A stretch of 64,000 bases of DNA from Basidiobolus meristosporus CBS 931.73. Taxonomy: Eukaryota > Fungi > Basidiobolomycota. The DNA lies in contig MCFE01000239.1 of the NCBI GenBank assembly GCA_002104905.1, positions 55,624 through 119,623 on the forward strand, given 5' to 3'. This document shows, piece by piece, positions 13,115 to 27,321 of this stretch. Position 1 is the stretch's first letter; every line of letters begins with the position of its first letter. Position numbers and translations under genes: made by a program. A model generated the notes under the pieces. It ran no database searches. It saw nothing but the letters and a program-made list of their open reading frames with translations, and was not told the DNA's origin.

Positions 13115-15255
13115 GACGTGAAAGTGGAGATATACAGAATGTACAAGAGTTGGAAGACGAAGAGGCGGATGGCGCGTTAATAAAGCGAATGCGAGCAATG
13201 CTTTACTCTTGTCACGGAATACGAAAATGGTCACAGGAGTGTCATTCGATTCGTTGATGATAAGGTTCAATCCAAATTTAATCCGAAATGGTTATTTGGC
13301 ATTCAAAAACGATACGGTGTTAAACGTCAGCATGAAGTGACCTATGATCGACGCTGGCGTACATGATTCCCTTCATAGTTTAGTCATGAGAATATATAAC
13401 GTCAACGGTGTCATCATGATTGAAGCCCCAATGAACCAGAGGTTGAAGCTAGGTTGACGTCTAACCAAGGGAGTTGCCGTTTTCTGCTTGCTCAGGTCGT
13501 CATTATACATTTATAGGATGGTGGCTGATAGGATTCATATTTACGAATCATTTTTAATCTATCTTATGTGCTGCATGAATAACGTTAAGGCGTTGCATTC
13601 CAGCATGCCAAACCAAACTTGGGTAAGAGTGTAGTAGGAACATGTTCTAATACAGTATTACTAATCCAACGAATATATATATATATGATTTTTGGTTGAG
13701 AATAGGCATATCCCCTTATCATAGAGTCTGATCTTTAATACTAGACGTATTTCACTGCAAGACAATCTTGAGAGCACATCTAAGCACTTTGCTGCCGAAG
13801 TTGATGTACATCTCTTATATTATATCAGGCATAAGGCTTATGAGATTACTTTGGAAAATAAAAACTATTTTCGAGAACCAATCTCACCACGTGGGATATA
13901 TATAAATATCGGAGTTCAGTACGGCATGGAAGTCTAAATATTTGTGTAAGTACAATGCCGATTTCAGGAGATATATCTTCAATGTGTTGTTACAAAAGGA
14001 TCTAGCTTCCAGTGTAATGTGAAATAATCCTAGTACATCATTGATATCCATTATAATCAGTAAAATATCACTTGTCGTATTTCTCAAGTAATTCAGCACA
14101 ATAAATTGTGACTGCTTTATTGGTTGAAAATCACCAGTGTTAATTGAATGGAATAGTATCGTCCCAAGCTGTACTTTCAGCTTTCCGCAATACAGCCACA
14201 TGGTTTGGTATGCTTGCTACTAATCGACCGTACGCCCCTTTTCTAGTCTGTCTTAAGTTTATCCCAAAATAAAAGATGTCAACACTTTTCTTCGTGGTAC
14301 AAGTGATGCCGACAATTTTGTAATGTGCATATTTAATGCCCAGTTTAATCACTCACAATGTGGGTTATATGATTCCTATATCAACTTCCAGCTATCTTCA
14401 TATTAGGTTATGCCGAAGAGATTTGAACAATTGCAAACCTTAGAACATGATGCAATTTCCAAGTCAAAAAGGCGTATACTTTGAGCATCTACCAATATTT
14501 GATCCTTCGGCTTCTAAAGCTGTATTTATGTGTCACCTTGAAACTCTATGGACAAGAGTTATCTTACACAAGACACCTATTGGATATGAAGAAGACAAGT
14601 CAAGAGCTAATAGTCATAGGCATCTTGGGTTTACTCTAGATTTAGAGTGTACTTGAATTCCTACCAATATTGCACATGTTTGGTAGAAGACAATTATTGT
14701 ATACAGCCTTCTCAAAAATAACATCTCTACTGAGAGTATTATGAGTTTATATATATCACTCAAGCTGGTCAAAGGGCTTCTCAAACCACATCCCGGAATC
14801 TTGTTCATATTCTAAACGAGGGGTTTTTTGGCATTCTGGGTGGCACCATATATAGATATCATTTGAAATGATCATCCACAAATAATTACAGGAGCACTGA
14901 GGCCCTTCATGACCGACTATCAATATGTTTGTGATACAATAGTATTTGATTGGCCTGCAGCAAAAATACTACACTCTGTCATAGCATACGAGTAATTATC
15001 AATTGTATTCAGGGTTTTCAAATTTACAGAAGCTATATACATATTCATATGGGGATGCGTGGGCTATAAAACCATCAGTCTGTTTCATCATTCCACATGT
15101 TTAAACTCTTGATCAAGCTTGGCAATATTAATGTAACCAGGCTAGCAATATAATTACTAAATGTGGAAATAGATAAATAATTTACTAAACTTAAAGGCTA
15201 TCATTACTGTCACCATTGAGCGTCCCTTTCAATACTTCGCTATTCGCACTACAGT

Positions 15256-18101
15256 ATGTCAGAGAATCCTGAATTTAACATTATCGCTAATCTTGAAACG
15301 CCTGAGTCGTGTCTGGAGCTGCGTATCAGTTGCAAGTAAGAATACTTCTCATCTTTCTAGTGCTTCAAAACAAAAGGTAATCGAAGTGTTCAGAAATCTA
15401 GCAAAGATGGATATTTGTTTTCCATCTGACCCATTGGTTGTATGCCAGGTCTTCAAAGAAGGGGTTTGGCAGGAGTTTGGCCGGACAGAATTCATCAAGA
15501 ATGACTCAAACCCGAACTTTACCACCTCATTTAAACTTGAGTATCGCTTTTCAGATGCTTTACCTTTGAAGTAAGTCATCTAAAAACTGTTCTTTGGAGA
15601 GAATAGCTATTACATTAATACTGACTATCTGAAGGTTCCACGTTTATGATATAGATGATCCTACGCATTCCATTGAGAAAGCTGATTATATTGGCAGTCT
15701 TGAAACTACATTGTCGGAAATTGGTATCTAACTCTTGCAGCCTTGAGAATATAGAATATGGTTTCATTAATGGAATTTTAGTGAATGCTCCCAGCCATGT
15801 GTTGGAGAGACACTTGAAGAATTCTAAACTTTCAAACCCTGGAATAATTAGGGTGGTTGCTGAAGAAGTGGTGGATTACAAAGATATTCTCAAGTGAGTA
15901 GATTGGCAAAACCGGTTTTCATCAGTACATTTCTAATTTCGACTCCAATCTTTGCGAAAGCTTTCACCTGAGTGGAAGGGATTTGAAGAAACCGGTTTGT
16001 ATTGCAATCTTCGGTCCACTTGATCTGTGAGTTAGCTCACTAGTTATATCATGCTAGAGCTTCTTTTCTCGATGCAAATTCTTCTACCGAATCAGTCGTT
16101 TTCAAGATGGTACAGTGCTAAGCGAGCCATTGATGCTGGTTGATTTGACTTGTGTTGGAGGCTTACGATGTCCCATATATTTTAGATGGAAGCTACGTGC
16201 TGGTGCACCAGAGTGAGGTCCAGCACAAAAGCACCAACCCTGGATGGTCTCCGGCTTCAGGTGAGTGGTGGAGGGGGGGAGGAGGGGTGAAGGCAGAGCA
16301 GGGGGCGTATGAGTACTGGACCTGATTGCTGACACCCTCCACTTTACAGTTCCCGTTGTGAATATCTGCAATGGAGATTACGAGAGGCCATTGCTCATAG
16401 AGGTGATGGACTGGAGTAGATTTGGGAGTGAGTTTCATGGCACCAAGTGGCATATATATGTGTCGAACCTATTTCACTAACATGCACTCTAGATCATACA
16501 TTGATTGGCTACTGTAGCACGACTATCAGTGAATTATCTGGTAATGTCGGATCTGAACTACTACTAAGTAACTCAAACAATAAGAAAGGAGGAATTCGAG
16601 GAAAGATATTTGTCAGTGCGTGTAGAATTGAGAAGAGTGATACGTAAGAGCATCTTGAACAGTCTTTGAACATCTCAAAGTTCGTTTGTACTGAGCCGCT
16701 TTTACCAGTTTTCTCGACTATCTGCGCGCTGGTGCTGAGCTGAGTATGACTGTGGCCATTGACCTGTCCGAGTCTAACGGTATGTCCATCGAGGTATTTG
16801 CTCGACTTGCGAACGCATGCTAAGCCACTCTCCCTAACACGATGACAGGCAAATTCGCGGATCCCACCTCGCTACACTTCCAGTCAGGGACCCAGTACAA
16901 CTACTATCAAGACGCAATCCTGTCCATTGGTAATGCTCACGAAACAGTGGGACTTGTCGACAGACCACCGAAACTTACGAATCTATCACAGGCGGTATAT
17001 TGGAGCCTTACGACTCTGATCGCAAATTCCCTGTAAGTTCATCACACCGAGGCCTATGTTGGTTAGGATCATGCACCAATGGGACATCTACGAGTAGGTT
17101 TATGGATTTGGGGCTGGGCTGCCAGGCGGAGCCAATCCTCCCTTCTTTGCTCTAAATGGAAACATCACCCAGGTAAGCTTAGCTTCAGCTCTACCCTTGA
17201 TGACAAAGTACGCAGCCACACTCTGACGCTGCAGCATTAGCCTGAAGTGATAGGTGCCAGGGGAATATTCAACGCTTACAACAATGTCGTCGGGAATATT
17301 GTGCAGACTGAGCCAACGCTACTAGCGCCAGTAAGTGGCTCTCGCCTACATCTGAGGAGTATGCAAGTGACCGCAGCACTAACGAACGCCAAAGTTGATC
17401 AGCTCCGTCTGCGATAAGATTGAGAAAGGCCTTGCCGTCCCCTCAGTTAGTGGAGCACAGAACTACCACATCTTGGTTATCATTACTGATGTGAGTATCT
17501 GAATATGCTTGCTTGGAATCCTGTGGTCAGACTTACAGTGACAACATTCCACTCTAGGGACAAATCAACGATATGGAGGATACGGTGAAGGCAGTGATCC
17601 GAGGTTCTAAGCTCCCCTTGAGTATTGTGATTGTGGGGATAGGCAGCAATGATTTCGCCAACATGAGTATACTGGATGCTGATGAGAGCATCTTGGAGGT
17701 AAGTGGGCACTCAGGATATCCAGGTGGATGAGTGGTGCGAACGTGGTATTGACGATATTCATGATATTCTCATCGAAAAGGCCAATGGTGTTGAGGCAGA
17801 GAGGTAAGCGGAAATCCGGAATACTGGTGGAGGATGCGAACACTGATACAGCCTGGACTGTCAACAGAGATATAGTACAGTTTGTGCCGATGAATGAGTT
17901 TTGTGACGGAGATCTTACAAAGCTGACAAGCGAGGTAAGTATATTCCACGATGTATTGGTATTGCTAATTGCAAGAGTCATACTTGAGCACTCTAGGTTC
18001 TGCGTGAGGTGCCCACACAATATCTGCAGTATATGAAGAGTCGAAACATCAAGCCTATTCCGGTTATTGACCACAGAAGAACCAGTTGGAGACTATACTA
18101 A
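15256..18101 (+). CDS. Copine (C2A-C2B-vWA), paralog 1, many short introns
   Basis: Exons encode LELRISC, SDP.VV, GRTEFIKNDSNPNF, ICNGDYERPLLIEVMDW, VAIDLSESNG, DPTSLHF, YDSDRKFP, ILVIITDG, LPLSIVIVGIG, RDIVQFVP, which are canonical copine motifs. Confidence 0.9.
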
Positions 18102-18573
18102 ACTGTATATCCGCTAATCCCCCATTATTACCTAACGGATATTCTAGTGTGATAATTTAATAGCACCTTACCTACTTTATACACTTTTTCATAAATCGAT
18201 TTCCATGTTATTTTATTTTACCTTAGCCAATCCTGGTAAGTGTATCCAAAAGACTTACCACAAAACATTAGAACGAGTTGGAAGCTATTATCTGACTTTG
18301 CTTGTAGGTTCAATGAAGTTGGCTGGTTGTATAGAAACTTTGTATATTGCAAAATGATGGTATAGCAATGTAAGTTGTTATAAAGGGCATGCTGAGGACA
18401 ATGTGCCAAGCAGGATTGAAGCTAACAAAACAAACTCTCCCAAAGCCTTATGATTTGTAGCCTAAAATGATAGCTATGTATACACTTGCTGTGTATTTAA
18501 AGCAGATGTATTTACATGAGAGTTCATATCAAGCTATCTGTGGCTAGAAACCATTTCACACACTACATATAAG

Positions 18574-18905
18574 TGTTGTAAAAATTCGGAATTCCACCTA
18601 AATATTCACCTAACTTAGTCACTTAGATCATTACCTTCAAATCCATGAGAATACTGACCAAATTCCTTGTCGGCATTTACTTGGAATATTTACCCAGAAC
18701 ATAAAAATTAGATAAGTTGTCTAAACAGCCCCAAACTTTGCACACATGTTCTTGGGACCTTCCTTAACCTATTCTACGTGTTTGTAATGCCAAGACCATG
18801 TAAAAGTATAAATACTACTTTTACATTCAATAAATAATTAAGTGAAAACCACATAATCTACTTGTTCTCCAAATCACTTCCAATATCTCCAAGACTCTTA
18901 CAACA
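18574..18905 (+). mobile_element. Solo LTR (332 bp) of a Ty1/Copia family with 5-bp TSD ATAAG
   Basis: Termini TGTTGTAA...TTACAACA. ATAAG flanks both sides (18569-18573, 18906-18910). Confidence 0.92.
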
Positions 18906-18913
18906 ATAAGCAA

Positions 18914-20400
18914 TGTTTTAAATATCTTAATTACCCCTAAACATTCACCTAACTTGGTCACCTAGATCATTGCCTACATTTCTTAGAGAATTTTGACTAA
19001 ATTCCTTGTCAAGATTCACTTAGAAAATTATCACCAAAATATCAGGTACCCAGAGCATTAAAATTGACTAGTTGTCCAAACAGGCCTAAATTCTGCACAC
19101 ATGCTCTTGGGACCTTCCTGAACATACCCAACATGTTTTTTTGCCAAGACTATGCAAAAATGTAAACACTATTCCTACACTCAATATATCATTGAGTGAA
19201 AATCACATAATCTATTTGCTCTCCCAATCACTTCCAATATCTCCAAAGTTCTTACAACAGGTTATGAGCTCCAAGCTGTCACTTTCTGGAATATCTACTA
19301 CTGCTATTACCAGAAATCTTCCCTCTACTGAAAGACTGGATGGATCTACCCACTAAATCTGGAAGGTGTGGATTAGGATGCCTCACAGGAAAGAGGCCCT
19401 TGAGATTTTGTTATATGCAAATAATGCCCTCCTAAAGGTGGAGGAGAAGAAACCTCAAAGTACCAGAAGAAACAACACAGTGCCCTTAAATACATTTGCC
19501 TTAATGTCAAAGATAAGTTGCTATTTCAATGCTCCAGAGCAAAAACAGCAAAGAAGGCCTGGAAGGCATTAGAAGGCACCAATCAGTCAAGTTCAGCTGC
19601 TAAGAAAATGTATCATTGATGAAACTCCTTGCTACAAAGATACTGCAGGATACAAAATGAAAAATCCAACCAATAGAATTTCTCTATTGGTTGATGAGCT
19701 GGAATCAATGGGTGTACAAACTACTGAGGATCAAGTGATAGTCACCTTTAAGAATAGCCTGACAGGCAAGCTTCAGGGCCTTATATCAGCCCTAGAGCTT
19801 GGAGTTGAAGATCTGGCCTTAAATTCTTCAAATGGAAGGCTCTTGAAAGAAGAGCTAGGAAAATTTTGTGTCAATAATAAGGAAGAAAAAGATGGTTTAA
19901 GAAGCAGCTGTAACCACCTAGTGAGGTATGTATGACCCTTTAAAGGCAACAGCAGCAATTCTTGGAGCTCCTGCACATAGAAAATACAAATATCAGACTA
20001 GTGCTTGAGGAAGGGAGATAATCAGCAAGAAAATTATAAATATGGAAATGCTACAATCACTGGAGATACACTGCACAAACCTGCATTTAGAATGACAACC
20101 AACAAGGATTTTCAGACATGGTATATTGACTCTGAGCATTTGAATAAATTACACACCAAACAGAACTTTTTACCCAATATCAAGAAGTTCCAATTAAGAA
20201 GGTTTTTATGGGGGACAATAAAACACTTGACGTAGTTGCACAAGGAATATCCAGGTATGCTTCAGAAAACATGAAGGCAGCCATACACTTACCTGCAATG
20301 AAGAACTCTTTATACCAGAAATAGGCAAGATCCTTTCAACTGTACACAAGGCCATGGCAGAAGGACCAACTTTCAGTTTTAACAATTCTAGAGGTAGGAT
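18914..20400 (+). mobile_element. Degenerate Copia 5' portion: LTR (18914-19259), PBS GGTTATGAGC (19260-19269), broken gag/protease
   Basis: LTR end TTACAACA is directly followed by a Copia-type PBS. ORF 19657-19935 (ISLLVDELESMG...VIVTFKNSL...LISALE) resembles Copia Gag/UBN2. WYIDSEHL resembles the Copia protease motif. Many stops. Confidence 0.8.
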
Positions 20401-20545
20401 CACTGATCAAAGTGGTGCCCATATAACTTTGGGTATCAGATGTTAGAACCTGTACTAGTAAGCCTATATTCTATCATGTCTGGAAGTCAATATGAGCAGC
20501 TTGAAATAGTAGACATTGCAGAGTGACTGCACAAGGCTTGTAACT

Positions 20546-20890
20546 TGTTGTAAGAAGGTTGGAGATATTGGAAGTAATTGAGGGAACAAGTAGATTAGGT
20601 GGTTTTACTTAATGATTTATTGAATGTAAAAGTAGTATTTGTACTTTTCATGGTCTTGGCATAGCAAACATGTAGGATATGCTTGGGAAGGTCCCAAGAG
20701 CATGTGCACAGAGTTTGGGGCTGACTGGACAGCTTATCAATGCTTCATGTTCTGGGTGCCTGATGTTTTAGTCAAAATATCCTAACTAAATCCTGGCAAG
20801 GAATTTTGTCAGTATTCTCTGAGATCTGTAGTAATGATTTAATTGACTAAGTTAGGTGAATATTTGGGTGGAATAACAAACTCTTACAAG
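20546..20890 (-). mobile_element. Copia LTR, reverse orientation, with degenerate PBS on its left
   Basis: Starts TGTTGTAAG at 20546 and is the reverse complement of the same LTR family. The adjacent aaggcttgtaact is the reverse complement of a decayed PBS. Confidence 0.8.
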
Positions 20891-21539
20891 ATGAAGTGTT
20901 ACACCTTGCAGTGCCAGCTGAAGTCCAGAATATATGGGGGCTAGTGGGTGAACAATGGCATAGAGGCATTGGGTTCCTCCCAAAGTCATGGAAAAAGGGT
21001 GTAACAGCAGAAACTCTTATTGGATAGTGATATTCAATGGAGTTAGTTGTTGAGTGTGATGTTGGGCTTAATGTAAGTGCTGGTATAGAGACTTGTATAG
21101 GTCAGTACAGTTGGCAATTGAGGTACAACTGAAGTTTCAACAGAAATAAATCAATTCATATGCATGAAAAGTAAGAGCAATGGTTAAGTTGGGAAGTAAG
21201 GAGTGTGAAAAAGAGTCAATAGCCAATTCTTTCAATTATAACTTTATTTCTCTCCTGGGAGCATCTAGGTAGTAAGCAATTTTGCCCAAGATGCATTTTC
21301 AAAGTAGCTGTACACAACTCATATATGTCTTCTAGTGCCTTCCATACATCCCCTGCTGTGCTTTCTCCTGAGCATTGCATTTGCAATTTGCCTTGAGCAT
21401 AAAAATATATGGGGTTTGAGGCACTTTGTTCTCACTACTGGTACTTTAAGGCTGATTTTCCTACACCTGTAGGAGGGCATTTTTCTCCTAGAATAATTAT
21501 CCAAAGGCCTCTTGCCATCTTGTTGTAATTATTAAGTTG

Positions 21540-22700
21540 TCGACTGAATATTCATGCTAACTTAGTCACATAGATCTTATTCTGTGATTAGCATTCTGTC
21601 CTGACCAAATTCTTTGTCAGGATTTACTTAGAATATTTTCACCAAATTATCACAAACCCAGATTGTGATCTTTCTGAAAGTTGTCCACAAACCCCAAACT
21701 TTGCACACATATTCTTGGGACCTTCCTTAACAAACACTACATGTTTCATTGCTCTACTTTATCAAAGGTATAAATACCATACTTTTGATCAATAAATCAA
21801 CAAGTGAATAAAATGTGAATCCTCCAGTTCTCCACATCACTGCCAATACTCCTCAGAATATTTCAACACATCTGCACCTTGAAATTTTTGTAAGAATTTT
21901 TGTAGATTTTACAAGTATTTGGGAAACAATCATACTTTTTGATTTTCACTTGATGATGTCTTGTTGTAGGAGTCTTGGAGATATTGGGTGTGATTGGGAG
22001 AACAAGTAGATTATGTGGGTTTCACTTAATGATTTATTCAATGCAAAAGTAGTATTTATACTTTTAAATGGTCTTGGCATAACAAGCACGTAGAGTTTGT
22101 TAAGGAAGGTCCCAAGAACATGTGTGCAAAGTTTGGGGCTGTTTGAACAACTTACCTAATTTTTATGTTCTGGGTAAATATTCCAAGTAAATCCCAACAA
22201 GGATTTTGGTCAGTATTCTCTAGGATTTGAAGGTAATGATCAAAGTGACTAAGCTAGGTGAATACTTAGGTGGAATTCCGAATTTTTACAACACTGAGTA
22301 CCTGATGTTGCAATGAAAATATTTCATACAAATCCCACAAGAAAGTTGGGTTAAACTCTCTAAACCAGGTACAATATGGTCTAGGTGACTCCTTTATGTA
22401 ACTTTATAGGTGTAATCGAAAGATTCATAACAAATAGAGACTTTAATATAATGTTTATTGAATATATGAGTAGTATGTATACTTTAAATGGACTTGGCCG
22501 AAAAAACACATTAGATATGCTTTTGAAGGGCCTAATCATATTTGCTTAAGATATAGGGCAGTTGGGACAACTCTGAGATCTTTCATGTCCTGAATACCTA
22601 ATATTTGGTGCAATGCCAACACAATATTTGGCCAGAATACTCTAGATTTGTAGAACGTGATCTAGTTGATCAAGTTGTGTGAGTATTGAGGTGAATTTGC
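21540..22700. mobile_element. Further LTR copies: degenerate + copy (about 21540-21870), intact 332-bp minus copy (21962-22293), degenerate minus copy (about 22440-22700)
   Basis: 21962-22293 has TGTTGTAG...TTACAACA termini and is close to the reverse complement of 18574-18905. No matching TSD (tgtct vs ctgag). Confidence 0.75.
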
Positions 22701-23806
22701 AAAGTTGACATCATTATTGCCATCATCTGATGTTATTTTCTATTGATTGATGAGTTTTCATCCAACAATACCATGTTTGGACCTGCTCAGCTTCTTTGTT
22801 TTTGTATTGTAGAGTTTGTGAGCCACATTCCCATCTCAGTTACCCGAAAAATTAAGCATCCTCCTATCTGTAAATGATAGCTGCATCAAAATACATAACT
22901 TTTGAGAAGTGGCGTGTAGGTACTCATGGAGAGTGTATACATGCAGCCAGATTGTATTTAGCACCAGATATGTGCTTTTTCCTCTGAGAAGTCATAGGTC
23001 TGCGTACCACAATATACTCAGCCATCGACATATGCATGTTCACCACAAAACTTACATACACCAGGTTAAAAACAACCATCTCAATACAGAGGGACCATGC
23101 TATCCATCCATCTACAGGTAAGCTTCGATCCCCAAAAGCTAGCCATCCAAAGTTGGCCAAATGACCACCTTAGTTAAGCTTCCGAGCACAGATAATTGGC
23201 AATCCGCTGTGGAGTGTAAGGCACCATTTCAATTCAGTATTTTACAATCCACCATGGCCTGGTTTCACAAGGGTTTGCCAATAGAACCTTGGACTACTTC
23301 GAAGATTCATTACCTATCGAGAATGGCTGAATCAAGAAAACTGGCTTGCCCTCACCGTTGCAGACATAACTCTCACTACTCGCATATATGCAATCATGTG
23401 TCAAGATTTCGTAGAAACTATTAGCCTGTCCGAAAAGCATATTGGAAATTATATTGTGGATAGGCTCCATCGCTGAGTCACCCTAGAATAAATCGCAACC
23501 CTTGGTGATACCAATATTGATCGCTACCAAGGTTGATCATATGGTTGGATAATACGTGAGATACAAGTGTTCCTCAAGAGTCTGGTATGTTATAGAATAG
23601 CAGGGTTGGTGCCACTTGCAGAGAAGGCGGGCTGACGAACCCCCGAGTCAAACTAGTTGGTATAACATTTCAATGAATCACTCTTAGATGTTACTTGATG
23701 CGAGAAAAGTAGATCACATGACTCCGGTGCCAAGTATATAGTGATTGCCAGAAACAAGAAACCCTGAACTAACAATCATTGCATTATCACTTCGGCTTGA
23801 TACGGT

Positions 23807-26653
23807 ATGCTACAGAGCTCAGAGTATAATGTCATAGCCAACCTGGAAAAGCCAGATTCGTGCCTGGAGCTGCGTCTCGCTTGCAAGTAAAGTGCATTTC
23901 ACAATTGAGAATAGCTTGTCCAGCACGAGACGGCTAAATTCCATCTTCGAAAGAAATCTTGTCAAGTTGGATATATTCTCTCCCTCAGACCCCATGATAG
24001 TGTGTCTGTCATATACAAATGACAGATGGGAGGAATTTGGCCGTACTGAATACATCGAAAATGATGCAAACCCAAAGTTCTTGAAAACATTGAGGCTTGA
24101 GTATCGGTTTGCTGATGCTTTACCTCTAAGGTTTGCTACCATCTTGACTCTTTCTAGCGTTGATAATCGTAACACTCTCTCAATTTCAGGTTTCACGTTT
24201 ATGATATTGATGACCCCACTCATTCGTTAGAGAATGCTGATTCTATCGGCTATCTTGAAACTACGTTGTCGGAAATTGGTATGTGACCAGTATTGCTTAA
24301 TTTGTACAATCATTATATTGAAGTAACCCCAGTGAGTGCACGTGATATGGTTTTGGAGAAACAATTAGTCAACCCCAAGTATTCCGACCCTGGAGCAATC
24401 AGGATAGTGGCTGAAGAAGTGGTGGATTACAAAGATATTCTCAAGTGAGTAGATTGGCAAAACCGGTTTTCATCAGTACATTTCTAATTTCGACTCCAAT
24501 CTTTGCGAAAGCTTTCACCTGAGTGGAAGGGATTTGAAGAAACCGGTTTGTATTGCAATCTTCGGTCCACTTGATCTGTGAGTTAGCTCACTAGTTATAT
24601 CATGCTAGAGCTTCTTTTCTCGATGCAAATTCTTCTACCGAATCAGTCGTTTTCAAGATGGTACAGTGCTAAGCGAGCCATTGATGCTGGTTGATTTGAC
24701 TTGTGTTGGAGGCTTACGATGTCCCATATATTTTAGATGGAAGCTACGTGCTGGTGCACCAGAGTGAGGTCCAGCACAAAAGCACCAACCCTGGATGGTC
24801 TCCGGCTTCAGGTGAGTGGTGGAGGGGGGGGAGGAGGGGTGAAGGCAGAGCAGGGGGCATATGAGTACTGGACCTGATTGCTGACACCCTCCACTTTACA
24901 GTTCCCGTTGTGAATATCTGCAATGGAGATTACGAGAGGCCATTGCTCATAGAGGTGATGGACTGGAGTAGATTTGGGAGTGAGTTTCATGGCACCAAGT
25001 GGCATATATATGTGTCGAACCTATTTCACTAACATGCACTCTAGATCATACATTAATAGGACATTGTAGCACGACTATTAGTGAACTATTTGCCAAGATT
25101 GGATGCGAATTATCTCTTTCAAATAAAGAGAATGAAAAATCAGGAATTCGAGGAAAGGTATTTGTCAGTGCGTGTAGAATTGAGAAGAGTGATACGTAAG
25201 AGCATCTTGAACAGTCTTTGAACATCTCAAAGTTCGTTTGTACTGAGCCGCTTTGACCAGTTTTCTCGACTATCTGCGCGCTGGTGCTGAGCTGAGTATG
25301 ACTGTGGCTATTGACCTGTCCGAGTCCAACGGTATGTCCATCGAGGTATTTGCTCGACTTGTGAACGCATGCTAAGCCACTCTCCCTAACACGATGACAG
25401 GCAAATTCGCGGATCCCACCTCGCTACACTTCCAGTCAGGGACCCAGTACAACTACTATCAAGACGCAATCCTGTCCATTGGTAATGCTCACGAAACAGT
25501 GGGACTTGTCGACAGACCACCGAAACTTACAAATCTATCACAGGCGGTATATTGGAGCCTTATGACTCTGATCGCAAATTCCCTGTAAGTTCACCACACC
25601 GAGGCCTATGTTGGTTAGGATCATGCACTAATGGGTCATCTACGAGTAGGTTTATGGATTTGGGGCTGGGCTGCCAGGCGGAGCCAATCCTCCCTTCTTT
25701 GCTCTAAATGGAAACATCACCCAGGTAAGCTTAGCTTCAGCTCTACCCTTGATGACAAAGTACGCAGCCACACTCTGACGCTGCAGCATTAGCCTGAAGT
25801 GATAGGTGCCAGGGGAATATTCAACGCTTACAACAATGTCGTCGGGAATATTGTGCAGACTGAGCCAACGCTACTAGCGCCAGTAAGTGGCTCTCACCTA
25901 CATCTGAGGAGTATGCAAGTGACCGCAGCACTAACGAATGCCAAAGTTGATCAGCTCCGTCTGCGATAAGATTGAGAAAGGCCTTGCCGTCCCCTCAGTT
26001 AGTGGAGCACAGAACTACCACATCTTGGTTATCATTACTGATGTGAGTATCTGAATATGCTTGCTTGGAATCCTGTGGTCAGACTTATAGTGACAACATT
26101 CCACTCCAGGGACAAATCAACGATATGGAGGATACGGTGAAGGCAGTGATCCGGGGTTCTAAGCTCCCCTTGAGTATTGTGATTGTGGGGATAGGCAGCA
26201 ATGATTTCGCCAACATGAGTATACTGGATGCTGATGAGAGCATCTTGGAGGTAAGTGGGCACTCAGGATATCCAGGTGGATGAGTGGTGCGAACGTGGTA
26301 TTGACGATATTCATGATATTCTCATCGAAAAGGCCAATGGTGTTGAGGCAGAGAGGTAAGCGGAAATCCGGAATACTGGTGGAGGATGCGAACACTGATA
26401 CAGCCTGGACTGTCAACAGAGATATAGTACAGTTTGTGCCGATGAATGAGTTTTGTGACGGAGATCTTACAAAGCTGACAAGCGAGGTAAGTATATTCCA
26501 CGATGTATTGGTATTGCTAATTGCAAGAGTCATACTTGAGCACTTTAGGTTCTGCGTGAGGTGCCCACACAATATCTGCAGTATATGAAGAGTCGAAACA
26601 TCAAGCCTATTCCGGTTATTGACCACAGAAGAACCAGTTGGAAGCTTTATTAG
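23807..26653 (+). CDS. Copine (C2A-C2B-vWA), paralog 2
   Basis: Same exon structure as 15256-18101, starting MLQSSEYNVIANLEKPDSCLELRLAC. The 3' 2.2 kb is nearly identical to paralog 1. Confidence 0.9.
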
Positions 26654-27321
26654 CTTATTCAAGTGATCACAGCACCGATATTCCACTGTATATGATTATT
26701 CACGTCAAAGACAAGATAACGCAAGCTTATCCTCTTCTTAAGTGTGGTGGTCCTTACTATTAAGAACCATGAAAAACACTCTAGAATCTAGAAAGTGACT
26801 ATAACTTATTATGATTCTATATGTAATAAAACTCGAACCCAGATTGTCATCAAATGTTACATGTGCAGGGTAAAGAACCATTTAATTGTATTCCTTGTCT
26901 CGTAGACTTGGATGATTTGTTTGGCTGTTAGCCTCTGTGATGCATAAACACTGTGGAGAATACCATATTTCCTATTACCGCAGTGCATAGCTGGAAATTA
27001 ATGGTGACATTTTTATATCTAATAAATATAGCATAATGTAGAAGTAAATTTCAAGTTGCATTTACTGTAAAAATGGTCTGATAGGTGCATGATAGGAAAA
27101 AAAATAACCGGTGACTGTTTCAATGCTCATGGTTTTTTTACTAGACATTGAGTCAAATTAACCTCAGGTAAAATCTTCTCATGTGACCATTAGTAGAAAA
27201 AAAGATCATTCAACAGACGTATCCAAAATGGAATCAAATCCATTATACATATGTACTCCAAAAAGGTGGAACTTCGCGTTTCTCTAGTTTCATGTTGGGT
27301 TTTTAACAACTTTGTAACGCC

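Noticed and set aside
16258-16310. G-rich intron (possible G-quadruplex) in both copine copies
   Set aside because: Shared only because of the duplication or conversion; no independent evidence of function.
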